Source: a virus
Length of the DNA stretch: 64,000 nucleotides
Strand: one strand, 5' to 3'
Virus record (IMG/VR): IMGVR_UViG_3300023184_000030
Span: 108,850 to 172,849 of that record
Shown piece by piece: positions 37,904-46,613 of this stretch. Both the position numbers and the translations under genes were made by a program. Position 1 is the first letter of the stretch. Each line of letters starts with the position of its first letter. The notes beneath the pieces were generated by a model that was not told the origin of the DNA, searched no databases, and saw nothing but the letters and a program-made list of their open reading frames with translations.

Positions 37904-38578
37904 TTAGTTAGCTGTTATTATAGTCAATTTAACCGTCTTTGACGTTGGGTTAGTGAAGGAAAGCCCTCCGTTTCCTGTATTGGCTGGTCCGGTGTGACCA
38001 TAGGTAGAGAATGGATCAAGATCCCAGCCTTTCCAGTGAAGATCTTTTTTTATAGCTCCCGTTAGAACCATAAACTTGCCCATTATATTTCTTGTGTTTC
38101 CCTTATAATCCCAAAATAGAATTTTCTCGTCGGCTTTAGATTCTGGCAGATAGTATGCTCTAGCTACTATCATTGATGCTTCGCCTAAAGTTCCTTCAAA
38201 AGAACCTGGGTCTATATTAACAGAGTTTAAAGGTCCTATTGTAAACGTTTGTTTTTGGAAATCTGAAAAATCTTGAAGTGGATGAAAAAAAGATGCAATG
38301 TCAAGATAATCTAGGGTAGCAGCTTTTTGGGTAACCACTAAGGATTCTTTTATAAACCTAAGCTCTGGCTTTTCGTTGAATTCTCTAAATGTAGCTTCTA
38401 TCCTGGGTAAAGAATCCCTATTAATTGCTATATTAGTATAGACAGTATCAAATCCCCCGGTTGTTCCCGACATCGGATTAAGTGGATATCCTGCAGATCC
38501 TCCAGCTATTTGATCTCCGCCATCGGTAAGAGCCGATCCTCCGTCAAAGTTATATGTTGATATGTCCTGATCTGCCAC
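37904..38578 (-). CDS. Putative structural protein (paralogue of 37414..37899)
   Basis: Same shared motifs; beta-rich with a Gly-rich N-terminal extension. Confidence 0.7.
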   Translation of the reverse strand: MADQDISTYNFDGGSALTDGGDQIAGGSAGYPLNPMSGTTGGFDTVYTNIAINRDSLPRIEATFREFNEKPELRFIKESLVVTQKAATLDYLDIASFFHPLQDFSDFQKQTFTIGPLNSVNIDPGSFEGTLGEASMIVARAYYLPESKADEKILFWDYKGNTRNIMGKFMVLTGAIKKDLHWKGWDLDPFSTYGHTGPANTGNGGLSFTNPTSKTVKLTIITAN

Positions 38579-38584
38579 CTTTAA

Positions 38585-39334
38585 TTAATTTATTTTTGTT
38601 GGGTCAATCTCAACCGATGTGTTATATCTTCCAATATTTAATGATTCTACACTTTCACCAACTGGTTCGGCTAATGTTATAGGATCAACCTCAGTAACAG
38701 ACTCAGATCCAACAATAGAATCTGATGCAATCTCGGAAGTATTATCATATGAATCTAATCCGCTAATGAACTCTATTTCTTGAGAATCCCCACCATCAAC
38801 TACATCCTCTACCTTTTCATCTAGAGATTCAATTGAATCCTCGATCATCTCTATTTTTTCTTCTAAGGCCTCTATGGTTTTTTCGGGTGCTATTGAATCA
38901 TCAGATGGTTTAATGTAGTCAACTAAAGATTTTATGAATCCTAATGCAACAACAGGAAGTATTGCTCCACTAACAAGGGAAAGAACTCTTTTCTGATATA
39001 TGAGATCCTCCTCAGTAAGCCCAAATAATTCGATCCAACCCTGGAAATTATTCAAATGAGTGTATGCGTAATACGTGTTACCCATAGCTTGCATAAGGGT
39101 TAATATTAAAAAAAGACCCCAAACTATACCCTTGTTCATTTTATCTAAAGTAATAATAGAAGCAAGAGAAGCTGCAGCACCAACTTCGAAAGCCAATGCA
39201 AGACTTATAGCTAACCAATTAGGATTGGATAGCTTAAAGAAGTCTATTACGTGTATTGTCGAGATTACAGAAACAAGTAGGTACAGCGTAACAAATGTAC
39301 CTATTATGAAATAGCTCGTTGTTTTCTTTCCCAT
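38585..39334 (-). CDS. Multi-pass membrane protein (about 4 TM) with an acidic tail
   Basis: Four hydrophobic stretches in the first 140 aa. Confidence 0.75.
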   Translation of the reverse strand: MGKKTTSYFIIGTFVTLYLLVSVISTIHVIDFFKLSNPNWLAISLALAFEVGAAASLASIITLDKMNKGIVWGLFLILTLMQAMGNTYYAYTHLNNFQGWIELFGLTEEDLIYQKRVLSLVSGAILPVVALGFIKSLVDYIKPSDDSIAPEKTIEALEEKIEMIEDSIESLDEKVEDVVDGGDSQEIEFISGLDSYDNTSEIASDSIVGSESVTEVDPITLAEPVGESVESLNIGRYNTSVEIDPTKIN

Positions 39335-39633
39335 TATTTAAAACTTTCAAGTTTTTTAATTTCAAGATCAATTTCAGATTGGCGATTAACGTCCATGATT
39401 TTTCTGTCCGTAGATTGAATCATTCTTTTTTCTACCTTTAATCCCTCGATCTCAATAATCTTATTAAGCTCGTTTTTAGTACAAAGCGAATCCATATAAG
39501 AGCTTTGTATCTTAGCATTTTTCTGTAGCTTATCTACGTCTCGATTAACTCCACATTGTCTCAATAGGATAATAAGGGTTAAGAATAGGGTGATAGCCCA
39601 AGAATAACTTTTAATTTTTTCTATCGTTTTCAT
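39334..39633 (-). CDS. Membrane-anchored or lipoprotein-like coiled-coil protein
   Basis: Probable start MKTIEK at 39633; WAITLFLTLIILLRQC then coiled coil; GATATATA at 39656-39663. Confidence 0.65.
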   Translation of the reverse strand: MKTIEKIKSYSWAITLFLTLIILLRQCGVNRDVDKLQKNAKIQSSYMDSLCTKNELNKIIEIEGLKVEKRMIQSTDRKIMDVNRQSEIDLEIKKLESFK

Positions 39634-39679
39634 ATAGCTGTTTTTTATTTCTTTATATATATCTATACCGAAACACAAC

Positions 39680-39714
39680 AAAAAACCGATCCTTAAAAAA
39701 AGACCGGTTTTTTT
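39680..39714 (-). terminator. Rho-independent terminator
   Basis: AAAAACCG...CGGTTTTT inverted repeat after the 39735 gene. Confidence 0.7.
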
Positions 39715-39734
39715 ATATAACGTGGTTTATTCTA

Positions 39735-40259
39735 TTATCCCAAAGAAACCCCTTGCATAGCAGCTCCTAATTGCTTTTCTAGATCTTTAATCTCAGCAAC
39801 ATCTTTCTTAGCATCGCTTAATGCCTGATCAAAAGGCTTATATAATTCGATAAAGGTTTCAGCGCTTTTAAGTCCTTTACCTCTGCCTTTAGAGATAAAA
39901 TAATGACTTGCTTCCAGCGGTAAAGCAGACATATAAATAACCTGATTCTTTACTCCCTCTTTTTTAATCTTTTGAATTTGCTTACTTACTTCTTTAACAC
40001 CCAAAGCTTCAGTAGAATTCCACTCAGCCTCATTTGCCATGAAATCTTCATATTTAGCTAAAAGCTCTTGGCTAAATGTTATTGCATAAACTTTAGTTTT
40101 GATCTCTTCCTTTCTAGATTGGATTTGGGATTCTAAAGACTCAACAAGATCCTTATCTATAGAAAGACCGCTCTCTTGGTTTAAAGTATCGAAATCGATA
40201 GATGAAGATGCTCCAGGCCCTTCCTGAACTCCTAATGTAGTTTCTTTTTGCTTTGCCAT
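39735..40259 (-). CDS. Hypothetical protein
   Basis: 174 aa; GAAAC-N17-TAAAAT at 40279-40306 upstream. Confidence 0.8.
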   Translation of the reverse strand: MAKQKETTLGVQEGPGASSSIDFDTLNQESGLSIDKDLVESLESQIQSRKEEIKTKVYAITFSQELLAKYEDFMANEAEWNSTEALGVKEVSKQIQKIKKEGVKNQVIYMSALPLEASHYFISKGRGKGLKSAETFIELYKPFDQALSDAKKDVAEIKDLEKQLGAAMQGVSLG

Positions 40260-40306
40260 ATTGTTTTTGTATTTATTTATTTTAGTTGTTTTTATGTAAT
40301 TGTTTC

Positions 40307-41113
40307 TTAATCGATAGAAAAAATATCAAAATCTACTCTATTATCATTAAGGTATGCTCTAAGAGGCTCTCTCAAATCCTTTGTCCGATATACTTTCGCA
40401 GGTCCTTCCGGACCAATATGACAAAGGAATCCATCTTGAGTCTCTATGTTTGCTTCCTCCTCTAATATCAGTCTATATAGACTAATCTGGATGGAATATT
40501 CATTATGATTGTTTTCATAGAGGTGTGAGAAAGGTCTAAGTAATTTTTTATATCTACCCTTGGGATGCTCGTCATGCTTAAAATCCCCATTTGTCTTCCA
40601 ATCCCCAATTAGTAAAAATGGCTTATCGTGTTCTTCTGACCAAAAAAGAAATGGCTGATCTATAGTTCCAGCTAATCTCCATCTTCTAGAAAATATTTTT
40701 AGCTCCGACTTAAGTGGTAATAAAACACTTAGTCTTTTATCGTGGATCTCCATGAACTTTTCAATTCTTTCCCTTAATATCTCATCATCGGGAATAATCG
40801 GGGCTTTACCACTCCAAAAGTCTTCTATCCATTTATGAACTCTAGTACCCAAGCTATTAGCTACATCAGCCTTACCCTGCCATTCATTAAGAACTACCGA
40901 AACATCAACACCTCTCTCGTCTGCCTTTCTTTTAGACCAATATTCTCTGTCAAAGGGAACTTTAAATGTTTTGAGAAATGTTGTTACCGAATCAAACTTT
41001 GAAGAGTTATATCGATATACGTGTGAAGGTTCATCAAATGTAAAACCCCTGTCATCGAATATTTCCAGCTTTCTTTCTATCTCTTTTTTAGCACCTATCA
41101 GTCTAGAATCCAT
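40307..41113 (-). CDS. PD-(D/E)XK exonuclease (RecB/Cas4-like phage nuclease)
   Basis: SVTT, GTRVH, LAGTID, IGDWKT, YSIQISLY. Confidence 0.85.
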   Translation of the reverse strand: MDSRLIGAKKEIERKLEIFDDRGFTFDEPSHVYRYNSSKFDSVTTFLKTFKVPFDREYWSKRKADERGVDVSVVLNEWQGKADVANSLGTRVHKWIEDFWSGKAPIIPDDEILRERIEKFMEIHDKRLSVLLPLKSELKIFSRRWRLAGTIDQPFLFWSEEHDKPFLLIGDWKTNGDFKHDEHPKGRYKKLLRPFSHLYENNHNEYSIQISLYRLILEEEANIETQDGFLCHIGPEGPAKVYRTKDLREPLRAYLNDNRVDFDIFSID

Positions 41114-41558
41114 AAAACAAATTAATTATGTAACTTCTGTTTGATATAGCAAATGCTATTAAACAAATCTCTAGGATAAATCTAAATATCCATATCCAGC
41201 TCAATTCTCTAAAAACGTATTGGTAAACTACCAGATAAGACTCCTCGTTAGTTCCTTTAACAGGCTCTATCCATAGAGTTATTAATTCCTCTACGTTAAT
41301 AGTCTTGAAGTATTCGTTTATAGGCTTTATCTCATTCATAACAAAAGAAGGTCTTGCTTCTTTTGGTAGATCTGCAGAAAATAAAACCTCGGGAGGTAGA
41401 TTTACTACAGTATAGATTCTGCCGAACCAATCTATTCTCATTCCTTTTCTAGTCCAGATAGGTGAATCATTCAACTCTTTTTTTATGATCTTAAGATAAT
41501 CCCGATATACTTTGATATCGTTATAAACTTTAAAAAATTTTAATATAGCTAGCCACAT
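41103..41558 (-). CDS. Hypothetical protein with a C-terminal TM helix
   Basis: 151 aa; GAAAC-N18-TATAAA at 41574-41602 upstream. Confidence 0.7.
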   Translation of the reverse strand: MWLAILKFFKVYNDIKVYRDYLKIIKKELNDSPIWTRKGMRIDWFGRIYTVVNLPPEVLFSADLPKEARPSFVMNEIKPINEYFKTINVEELITLWIEPVKGTNEESYLVVYQYVFRELSWIWIFRFILEICLIAFAISNRSYIINLFYGF

Positions 41559-41592
41559 ATTTTTGCTTTATATTTTATATGGAGATTATGGA

Positions 41593-42225
41593 TTAATGTT
41601 TCCCGTCCATCTTTTTTTTGATCCTTCCCCTTGCTCTTCTTATCCGTGTAGCAATGGACCTTTTCTTAATCCCATACTTTTCTGCGATGTCCTTGTATTT
41701 CATACCGTTAATCTCCCTATCAATCATGATATCCCTATAGGTATCAGGTAGCGATCTGATTTCGTCCAAAACAGATTCATATACAGAGTCAATGGTATTT
41801 TCCTCGCTAAAGAAACCATATGCAGGATCATCCTCAATAGTATAAAATCCCCCTATATCACCTATTGTGTTTTTAGAAGAGAGATACTCCAAATCTCCAT
41901 CCTCATGAGCTATTAATCTCTTTCTGGATTTTAGTAGTAATAGGGATTCGTTTCTTGCTATGTTATAACACCAAGTGGAAAAATTACCCCTCTCCATATC
42001 ATATTGGTCTATCTTTAGCCATATCTTGGACATGGTATTAAGAAAAGCATCCTCTGCTAATTCCATGTCCTTTAGAATTAAAAAGCAATGGTTGGATACC
42101 CCAGGTTTAAGTCTGTTGAATAAATCACTAAATGACTTGTCTGTTTTCTTTAGAATGAAATCTTCTGCTAGCGTTTGAATGTTTGTCTCTTTAATCTCCT
42201 TTGTTTCTCTGGGTTCTTTTTGCAT
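41593..42225 (-). CDS. ECF-type sigma-70 factor
   Basis: Region 2 AEDAF...KIW..IDQYD....FSTWCYNIARN; region 4 LP..YR....REINGMKYKDIAE.......TRIRRAR. Confidence 0.9.
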   Translation of the reverse strand: MQKEPRETKEIKETNIQTLAEDFILKKTDKSFSDLFNRLKPGVSNHCFLILKDMELAEDAFLNTMSKIWLKIDQYDMERGNFSTWCYNIARNESLLLLKSRKRLIAHEDGDLEYLSSKNTIGDIGGFYTIEDDPAYGFFSEENTIDSVYESVLDEIRSLPDTYRDIMIDREINGMKYKDIAEKYGIKKRSIATRIRRARGRIKKKMDGKH

Positions 42226-42227
42226 CT

Positions 42228-42830
42228 TTAAATTTGGTCAAATTGGTTAATTTTATATAATTCTATCCCAGCCTCTATTAGAAATGGAAGTGAATCGGGT
42301 TTTCTATAAACTTCTGAAAAAACTACTCTTCTTATTCCTGATTGTATTATCAATTTAGAACATTCAAAACAGGGAGAAAGAGTTACATATATCGTAGATC
42401 CATCGGAACTTTGCGTACTCTTTGCAAGTTTTGTTATCGCATTTGCTTCCGCATGAAGAACATATGGTAATGTGACCATATCCTCGCTCTCACAAATATT
42501 AGGAAATCCTGTGGGTGATCCGTTGTATCCATCGGAGATTATTGACTTATCCTTTACCATTAAACATCCGACCTGCATTCTTTTACAGTGAGAATTTTTT
42601 CCCCATGTTTTAGCCATCTGTAAATAGATAAGATCGTTTTTCATTGCCTTTGTATTTTCACCATACAATGGGCTTTTTTGAATGGCATCGGAATGATCCC
42701 ACGAGATGTCAAAGGTTTTTCCTATTTTTTTAACACTCCAATTATTTATGTTAAGAAAATTTGGATTGGAGAAATCAAAATCTCCCGAAACTATTTCTCT
42801 TCCTGAATGTGATAGGGTAGATAACTCCAT
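42228..42830 (-). CDS. dCMP deaminase with an N-terminal extension
   Basis: GYNG, HAEANAI, SPCFEC zinc motifs. Confidence 0.92.
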   Translation of the reverse strand: MELSTLSHSGREIVSGDFDFSNPNFLNINNWSVKKIGKTFDISWDHSDAIQKSPLYGENTKAMKNDLIYLQMAKTWGKNSHCKRMQVGCLMVKDKSIISDGYNGSPTGFPNICESEDMVTLPYVLHAEANAITKLAKSTQSSDGSTIYVTLSPCFECSKLIIQSGIRRVVFSEVYRKPDSLPFLIEAGIELYKINQFDQI

Positions 42831-42846
42831 TAGTTTATAATTTCTA

Positions 42847-42868
42847 CAAACATAAGAAATAAGTACGA
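42847..42868 (-). promoter_or_regulatory. Bacteroidota-type promoter TCG-N11-TATGTTTG for the dCMP deaminase and ECF sigma genes
   Basis: TAnnTTTG 16 nt upstream of the ATG. Confidence 0.65.
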
Positions 42869-42894
42869 GGAAAAAAAATATTTTATGATATTTT

Positions 42895-44631
42895 TTAGAT
42901 TCTTCTAGAATCTGGTCTAAATGGTTTATCTATTGCCGAAACTGTTAGCGGACCTTCTAAAAGTCCTGCTATCCTAGTGAGTGCATTTTTTATATCCTGT
43001 ATATCTTTATCGCTGCCCAATCCAGGTGTACCTGATCCTGTGGATTCATTTTGTGCATCACCAGATTTTTTACTATCAGTAGGCTGCGATTTACTGGTTA
43101 ATTTATCATCCGAAGCATTAGTTTTTGGTGTACTTTTAATTTCAGCCGGAGCTTCTTTCTCTTTTGCAGGTTCCTTTTTAGATACGGGGGTGAGCTTTTT
43201 TACCTCGCTTACGAGAGCTGGTTTTTTATTTTGGGGAACAGGTTCATTAAGATCCTTGTCTTTTTTATTATCTAATTTTTTAAGTGATCCTAATCCAGCT
43301 TTCACTAAAGCTCCGCCAGGTCCAAAATTTCCTGCAGCATTTCCTGCAACTCCAAGTGCGCCCTTTCCTATTTTAGATAGTAGTCCTGGTTTTTTTTCCT
43401 CAGTTTTTCCTTTTTCATCAGGTGATTTTTTTTCATCCGGTGCTTCGTCTTTATCTTTAGACTTATCCTTTTTAAATAATTTTGAGAAGAATCCTTTTTT
43501 AGATGCTTTTTCCTCTTTATCTTCAGGCTTATCCTTTTTAGGTTCTTCATCAGATTTAGTATTAAATCCTTCCTTTTCTAATTTAGATAATTTATCCTCT
43601 CTAGAAGCATCTTTAGCTTCTCCTTCTTCTTTTTCTTCTTGAGCTAATTTTGAATAGAATTCTGCTTTAGGATCTTTTTCCTCTTTATCTTTAGATTTAT
43701 TTTTTTTACCTAATTTTGAAAAGAATCCTTTTTTAGATTCTTTTTCCTCTTTATCTTCAGACTTATCTTTTTTATCTAATTTCGTTTTATCAGATTTGCC
43801 TTTAATAAAATCTGAAAACTCCTTGTCTTCTGCTTCCTCGCCTTTTTCTCTATCATAATTAAATACATAATCTTGTAGTTCTGATTCTATATCATCTTTA
43901 GAATTTTCTTTATCGTTAGATAGCCTGTATCTAATAATTCTTATTTCATTATCGCTCGGATATCTCTGGCCAACTTTTGGTTTATCAGGTTTTACTATTT
44001 CTAGAAATTCATTATATCCCTTTTTATCCAACCCTTTTTCATATCTATATTCTGAATCTTTTTTATCTTTATCCTCTTTAGAAACGTTTAATTTATTTGA
44101 ATCTATAAAAGATGCACTTTCATCAGCAGGTAAAACCTTTGTTCCCTTGGATAAATTAACTATCTCTGGTCCCCTTTCACCAACTATTGCAGGTCCAGTT
44201 TTAGTAACATCCCCACCCTTTTCGAATTTAGGTATTTTTATATTTTTTATTAATGAACCTATATCAAATCCGGGTTTATCTTGGGATTTCTTACTTTCAT
44301 TCGGCACTGATTTTTTAGGTGCCGGTTCATCTATTTTTACTTTATTTTCTTTTTTATCAGGAATAGTATTTTTTGGACCTTGGTTACCTACAATAGATTC
44401 AAGCATTTTGCTAATATCTCTTAAATGGTTATCGATATTATCAATCCCCTTACTATTATCTATATTAGGTTTAGCATCATTTGGTGCAGGCTTTTTCTCA
44501 ATCTTCCCTGCTGCAGGATTAGAAGCCTCAGTAACGGAAGTATTTTTCTTTAAAGCATCTGTTAGGGAATTCATATTCCTACCAAGATCTGCAATCTGAG
44601 AAAATAATTTTTGATTTGGGTCTGCTGCCAT
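42895..44631 (-). CDS. Tail protein in the tape-measure position, K/E/D-rich
   Basis: FEKGGDV..TGPAIVGERGPEIV motif seen in tape-measure/tail proteins; follows tube and chaperone genes. Confidence 0.55.
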   Translation of the reverse strand: MAADPNQKLFSQIADLGRNMNSLTDALKKNTSVTEASNPAAGKIEKKPAPNDAKPNIDNSKGIDNIDNHLRDISKMLESIVGNQGPKNTIPDKKENKVKIDEPAPKKSVPNESKKSQDKPGFDIGSLIKNIKIPKFEKGGDVTKTGPAIVGERGPEIVNLSKGTKVLPADESASFIDSNKLNVSKEDKDKKDSEYRYEKGLDKKGYNEFLEIVKPDKPKVGQRYPSDNEIRIIRYRLSNDKENSKDDIESELQDYVFNYDREKGEEAEDKEFSDFIKGKSDKTKLDKKDKSEDKEEKESKKGFFSKLGKKNKSKDKEEKDPKAEFYSKLAQEEKEEGEAKDASREDKLSKLEKEGFNTKSDEEPKKDKPEDKEEKASKKGFFSKLFKKDKSKDKDEAPDEKKSPDEKGKTEEKKPGLLSKIGKGALGVAGNAAGNFGPGGALVKAGLGSLKKLDNKKDKDLNEPVPQNKKPALVSEVKKLTPVSKKEPAKEKEAPAEIKSTPKTNASDDKLTSKSQPTDSKKSGDAQNESTGSGTPGLGSDKDIQDIKNALTRIAGLLEGPLTVSAIDKPFRPDSRRI

Positions 44632-44684
44632 TTAGTTAGTATATTATATCTATATATTCATTTACTAGGTATGCTTAAATATAA

Positions 44685-44918
44685 TTACCTACCGAAACTA
44701 AATACCTCTTTAATCCCGCTCTTAGCTTTATTTTCTGCATTATCCAATTCTATGGCATCGTTAAGTTTATCTATCCATATCTGGTATTCGTAAAAGGGAA
44801 TACTTTCAACCCACTCCGGGTCTAGACCATGTTCTCTCCATAATCTAAATTTAATATCAAAGTAGTTCTCTAAAGATATTTGAAATAACGAAAAGAGATC
44901 TGATCCCGTCGGGAAAGG
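44685..44918 (-). CDS. T4 gp51-like tail/baseplate assembly ORF in the +1 frame of the upstream gene, lacking ATG/GTG/TTG
   Basis: SLENYFDIKFRLWREHGLDPEWVESIPFYEYQIWIDKL resembles gp51; missed by the ORF track. Confidence 0.7.
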   Translation of the reverse strand, partial: PFPTGSDLFSLFQISLENYFDIKFRLWREHGLDPEWVESIPFYEYQIWIDKLNDAIELDNAENKAKSGIKEVFSFGR

Positions 44919-45930
44919 TTATTCTAGCGGTGACCTCCATATCACCGCATACTGGGCACTTTTGATTTACTTCTAGTTTTGTACCTACTTTAATTCTTTC
45001 AGAAAGTTCAAAATATAAGCTAAATTCTTCTTTTGTCCAATAGTCGCTTTCTCTCATTCTTGAAAGTATTCCTTGGAAATTTAGATCCCTCCATTCATTA
45101 AATAGGAAGGGAGCTATATTAAGAAATCCCTCATCAACCTCAATATCTCTTTTATCACATTCTTTTACGAAAGATACTATTTCTTGTGTTACTCCTATAC
45201 TAGGTATGTATAGATTTATTGTTTTATCAATTTTTTTGATATTAAAAACAAATCCCCTTGTTTCTTCATTATAATATCGGGATACGTTTTCGTCTAAAAC
45301 ATAGGAACTTAATACCCCAGTTCTTAATTCTATTCCATCATTGAATGGACAATCCACTGTTTGGTTGCAATTTTTCTTAGGTTTAAGTATTATCGAATTC
45401 TCGCCCTTTATAAAAGTAAGATCCCTAATAGCCATTATTATAAAAAATCTATCCTCCTGTTTAAGATCCTTATAAGAAACTACACCTTCATTGGGAAATT
45501 CCATTCTAGAGCACCTATCTATAATATGTGTTAACTTTTCCTCGATATCCAATTTATCATCATCGTCAATAGTTGAAAAATGCCTTATCTCCCTAACCTC
45601 TGCTGCTCTAATAGCAATCTTTGTTCCATCGGGATAGTATTTACCGCCTGAAGGTAGAATGATGACTGGTATGTTTTTCCATCCCGTTTCAAACGAAACC
45701 GGCTTATTTAAAATTTGGGATTTACCCAATGATGACACCGATTCGACATTTTGAATTGGTTGAATCGGTTGTTGTTCTGGCCGATGAATTGCCTCAGTGT
45801 TATTTAAGGATTCAGTGACTTTAGATGTGTTATCTGCTACTACTGAAACGGGATTAGGGTCATCATATTCTATACCCCCTGCAATTTCCTTTCTTCTAAG
45901 TACTTCTTCTGGTGAAATGTTGTTATCCAT
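44857..45930 (-). CDS. Baseplate hub / tail assembly chaperone (T4 gp26-like)
   Basis: LPSGG.YY, DRFFIIMAIRDLT, C-terminal CPVCG; follows the tail tube genes. Confidence 0.7.
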   Translation of the reverse strand: MDNNISPEEVLRRKEIAGGIEYDDPNPVSVVADNTSKVTESLNNTEAIHRPEQQPIQPIQNVESVSSLGKSQILNKPVSFETGWKNIPVIILPSGGKYYPDGTKIAIRAAEVREIRHFSTIDDDDKLDIEEKLTHIIDRCSRMEFPNEGVVSYKDLKQEDRFFIIMAIRDLTFIKGENSIILKPKKNCNQTVDCPFNDGIELRTGVLSSYVLDENVSRYYNEETRGFVFNIKKIDKTINLYIPSIGVTQEIVSFVKECDKRDIEVDEGFLNIAPFLFNEWRDLNFQGILSRMRESDYWTKEEFSLYFELSERIKVGTKLEVNQKCPVCGDMEVTARITFPDGIRSLFVISNIFRELL

Positions 45931-45967
45931 GTATTTACTTTTGTTTTCTTATTATATAACAAAAAAC

Positions 45968-45998
45968 AAAAAAGGAGACAAATTAATGGTCTCCTTTT
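45968..45998 (-). terminator. Rho-independent terminator after the tail tube genes
   Basis: AAAAGGAGAC/GTCTCCTTTT stem plus U-tract. Confidence 0.85.
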
Positions 45999-46020
45999 GC
46001 ATTTAATTGAAAATATATCG

Positions 46021-46596
46021 TTACATAAACAAATCTTCCCAGTAATCACATATCCATGATGCAGATACCGTGTAGATAGCTGGATTTTCGTAATCTAACT
46101 GCATATCATTAATAGCAGTACTGATAAAGCAAGAAGGTATTCTAATTCTTCTAAATACATCTCCTCTTTTATTAAATATTGAGATAACCATAGAACCAAC
46201 ATAATCGCTCTTAATACCCATCGCACCGGTTAGCGGGTTATAGATCAAATCGCTCCATTGTCTAAGTATCTTATAAACACTCATTGAATTTACGTCATTT
46301 AAGTTGACCTCAAATTCCATTGTTAATGTCATATCACTGGTAGTAGGCTCACCTGCAGCATATCTTCTTTGAGCAAACTTGTAGGTTTGTTCAACGTTTC
46401 CGTTTGCTAAAATATCTACAGCCAAACCAGTTATAGATTTAACCTGTTGTGCTAAAATTGATTCTCCCTTGAAAGTCGTGTTAGCATCTACTATTCCCGA
46501 AGGAGGCGTGATCAAAACCTCAAATTGGTTAAGATATACCGGTTCATAGTTGTTTATCGCGGCTTTAGAATTTGTATAATGTGGTAAACCTGCCAT
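46021..46596 (-). CDS. gp19: Tail tube protein, paralogue B (gp19-like)
   Basis: EPVYLNQFEV...RQWSDLIYNPLTG.MG.K.DY...DYWED. Confidence 0.85.
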   Translation of the reverse strand: MAGLPHYTNSKAAINNYEPVYLNQFEVLITPPSGIVDANTTFKGESILAQQVKSITGLAVDILANGNVEQTYKFAQRRYAAGEPTTSDMTLTMEFEVNLNDVNSMSVYKILRQWSDLIYNPLTGAMGIKSDYVGSMVISIFNKRGDVFRRIRIPSCFISTAINDMQLDYENPAIYTVSASWICDYWEDLFM

Positions 46597-46613
46597 TTAT
46601 TTTTTTTATTTTT

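Noticed and set aside
10062-39681. Longest-ORF starts at 10106, 22381, 24637 and 39681
   Set aside because: These extensions overlap promoter or terminator motifs; downstream starts at 10061, 22354, 24607 and 39633 fit better
40307-41113. Cas4 as part of a CRISPR system
   Set aside because: Lacks the four-Cys cluster motif and has no cas neighbours or array; ordinary phage PD-(D/E)XK nuclease
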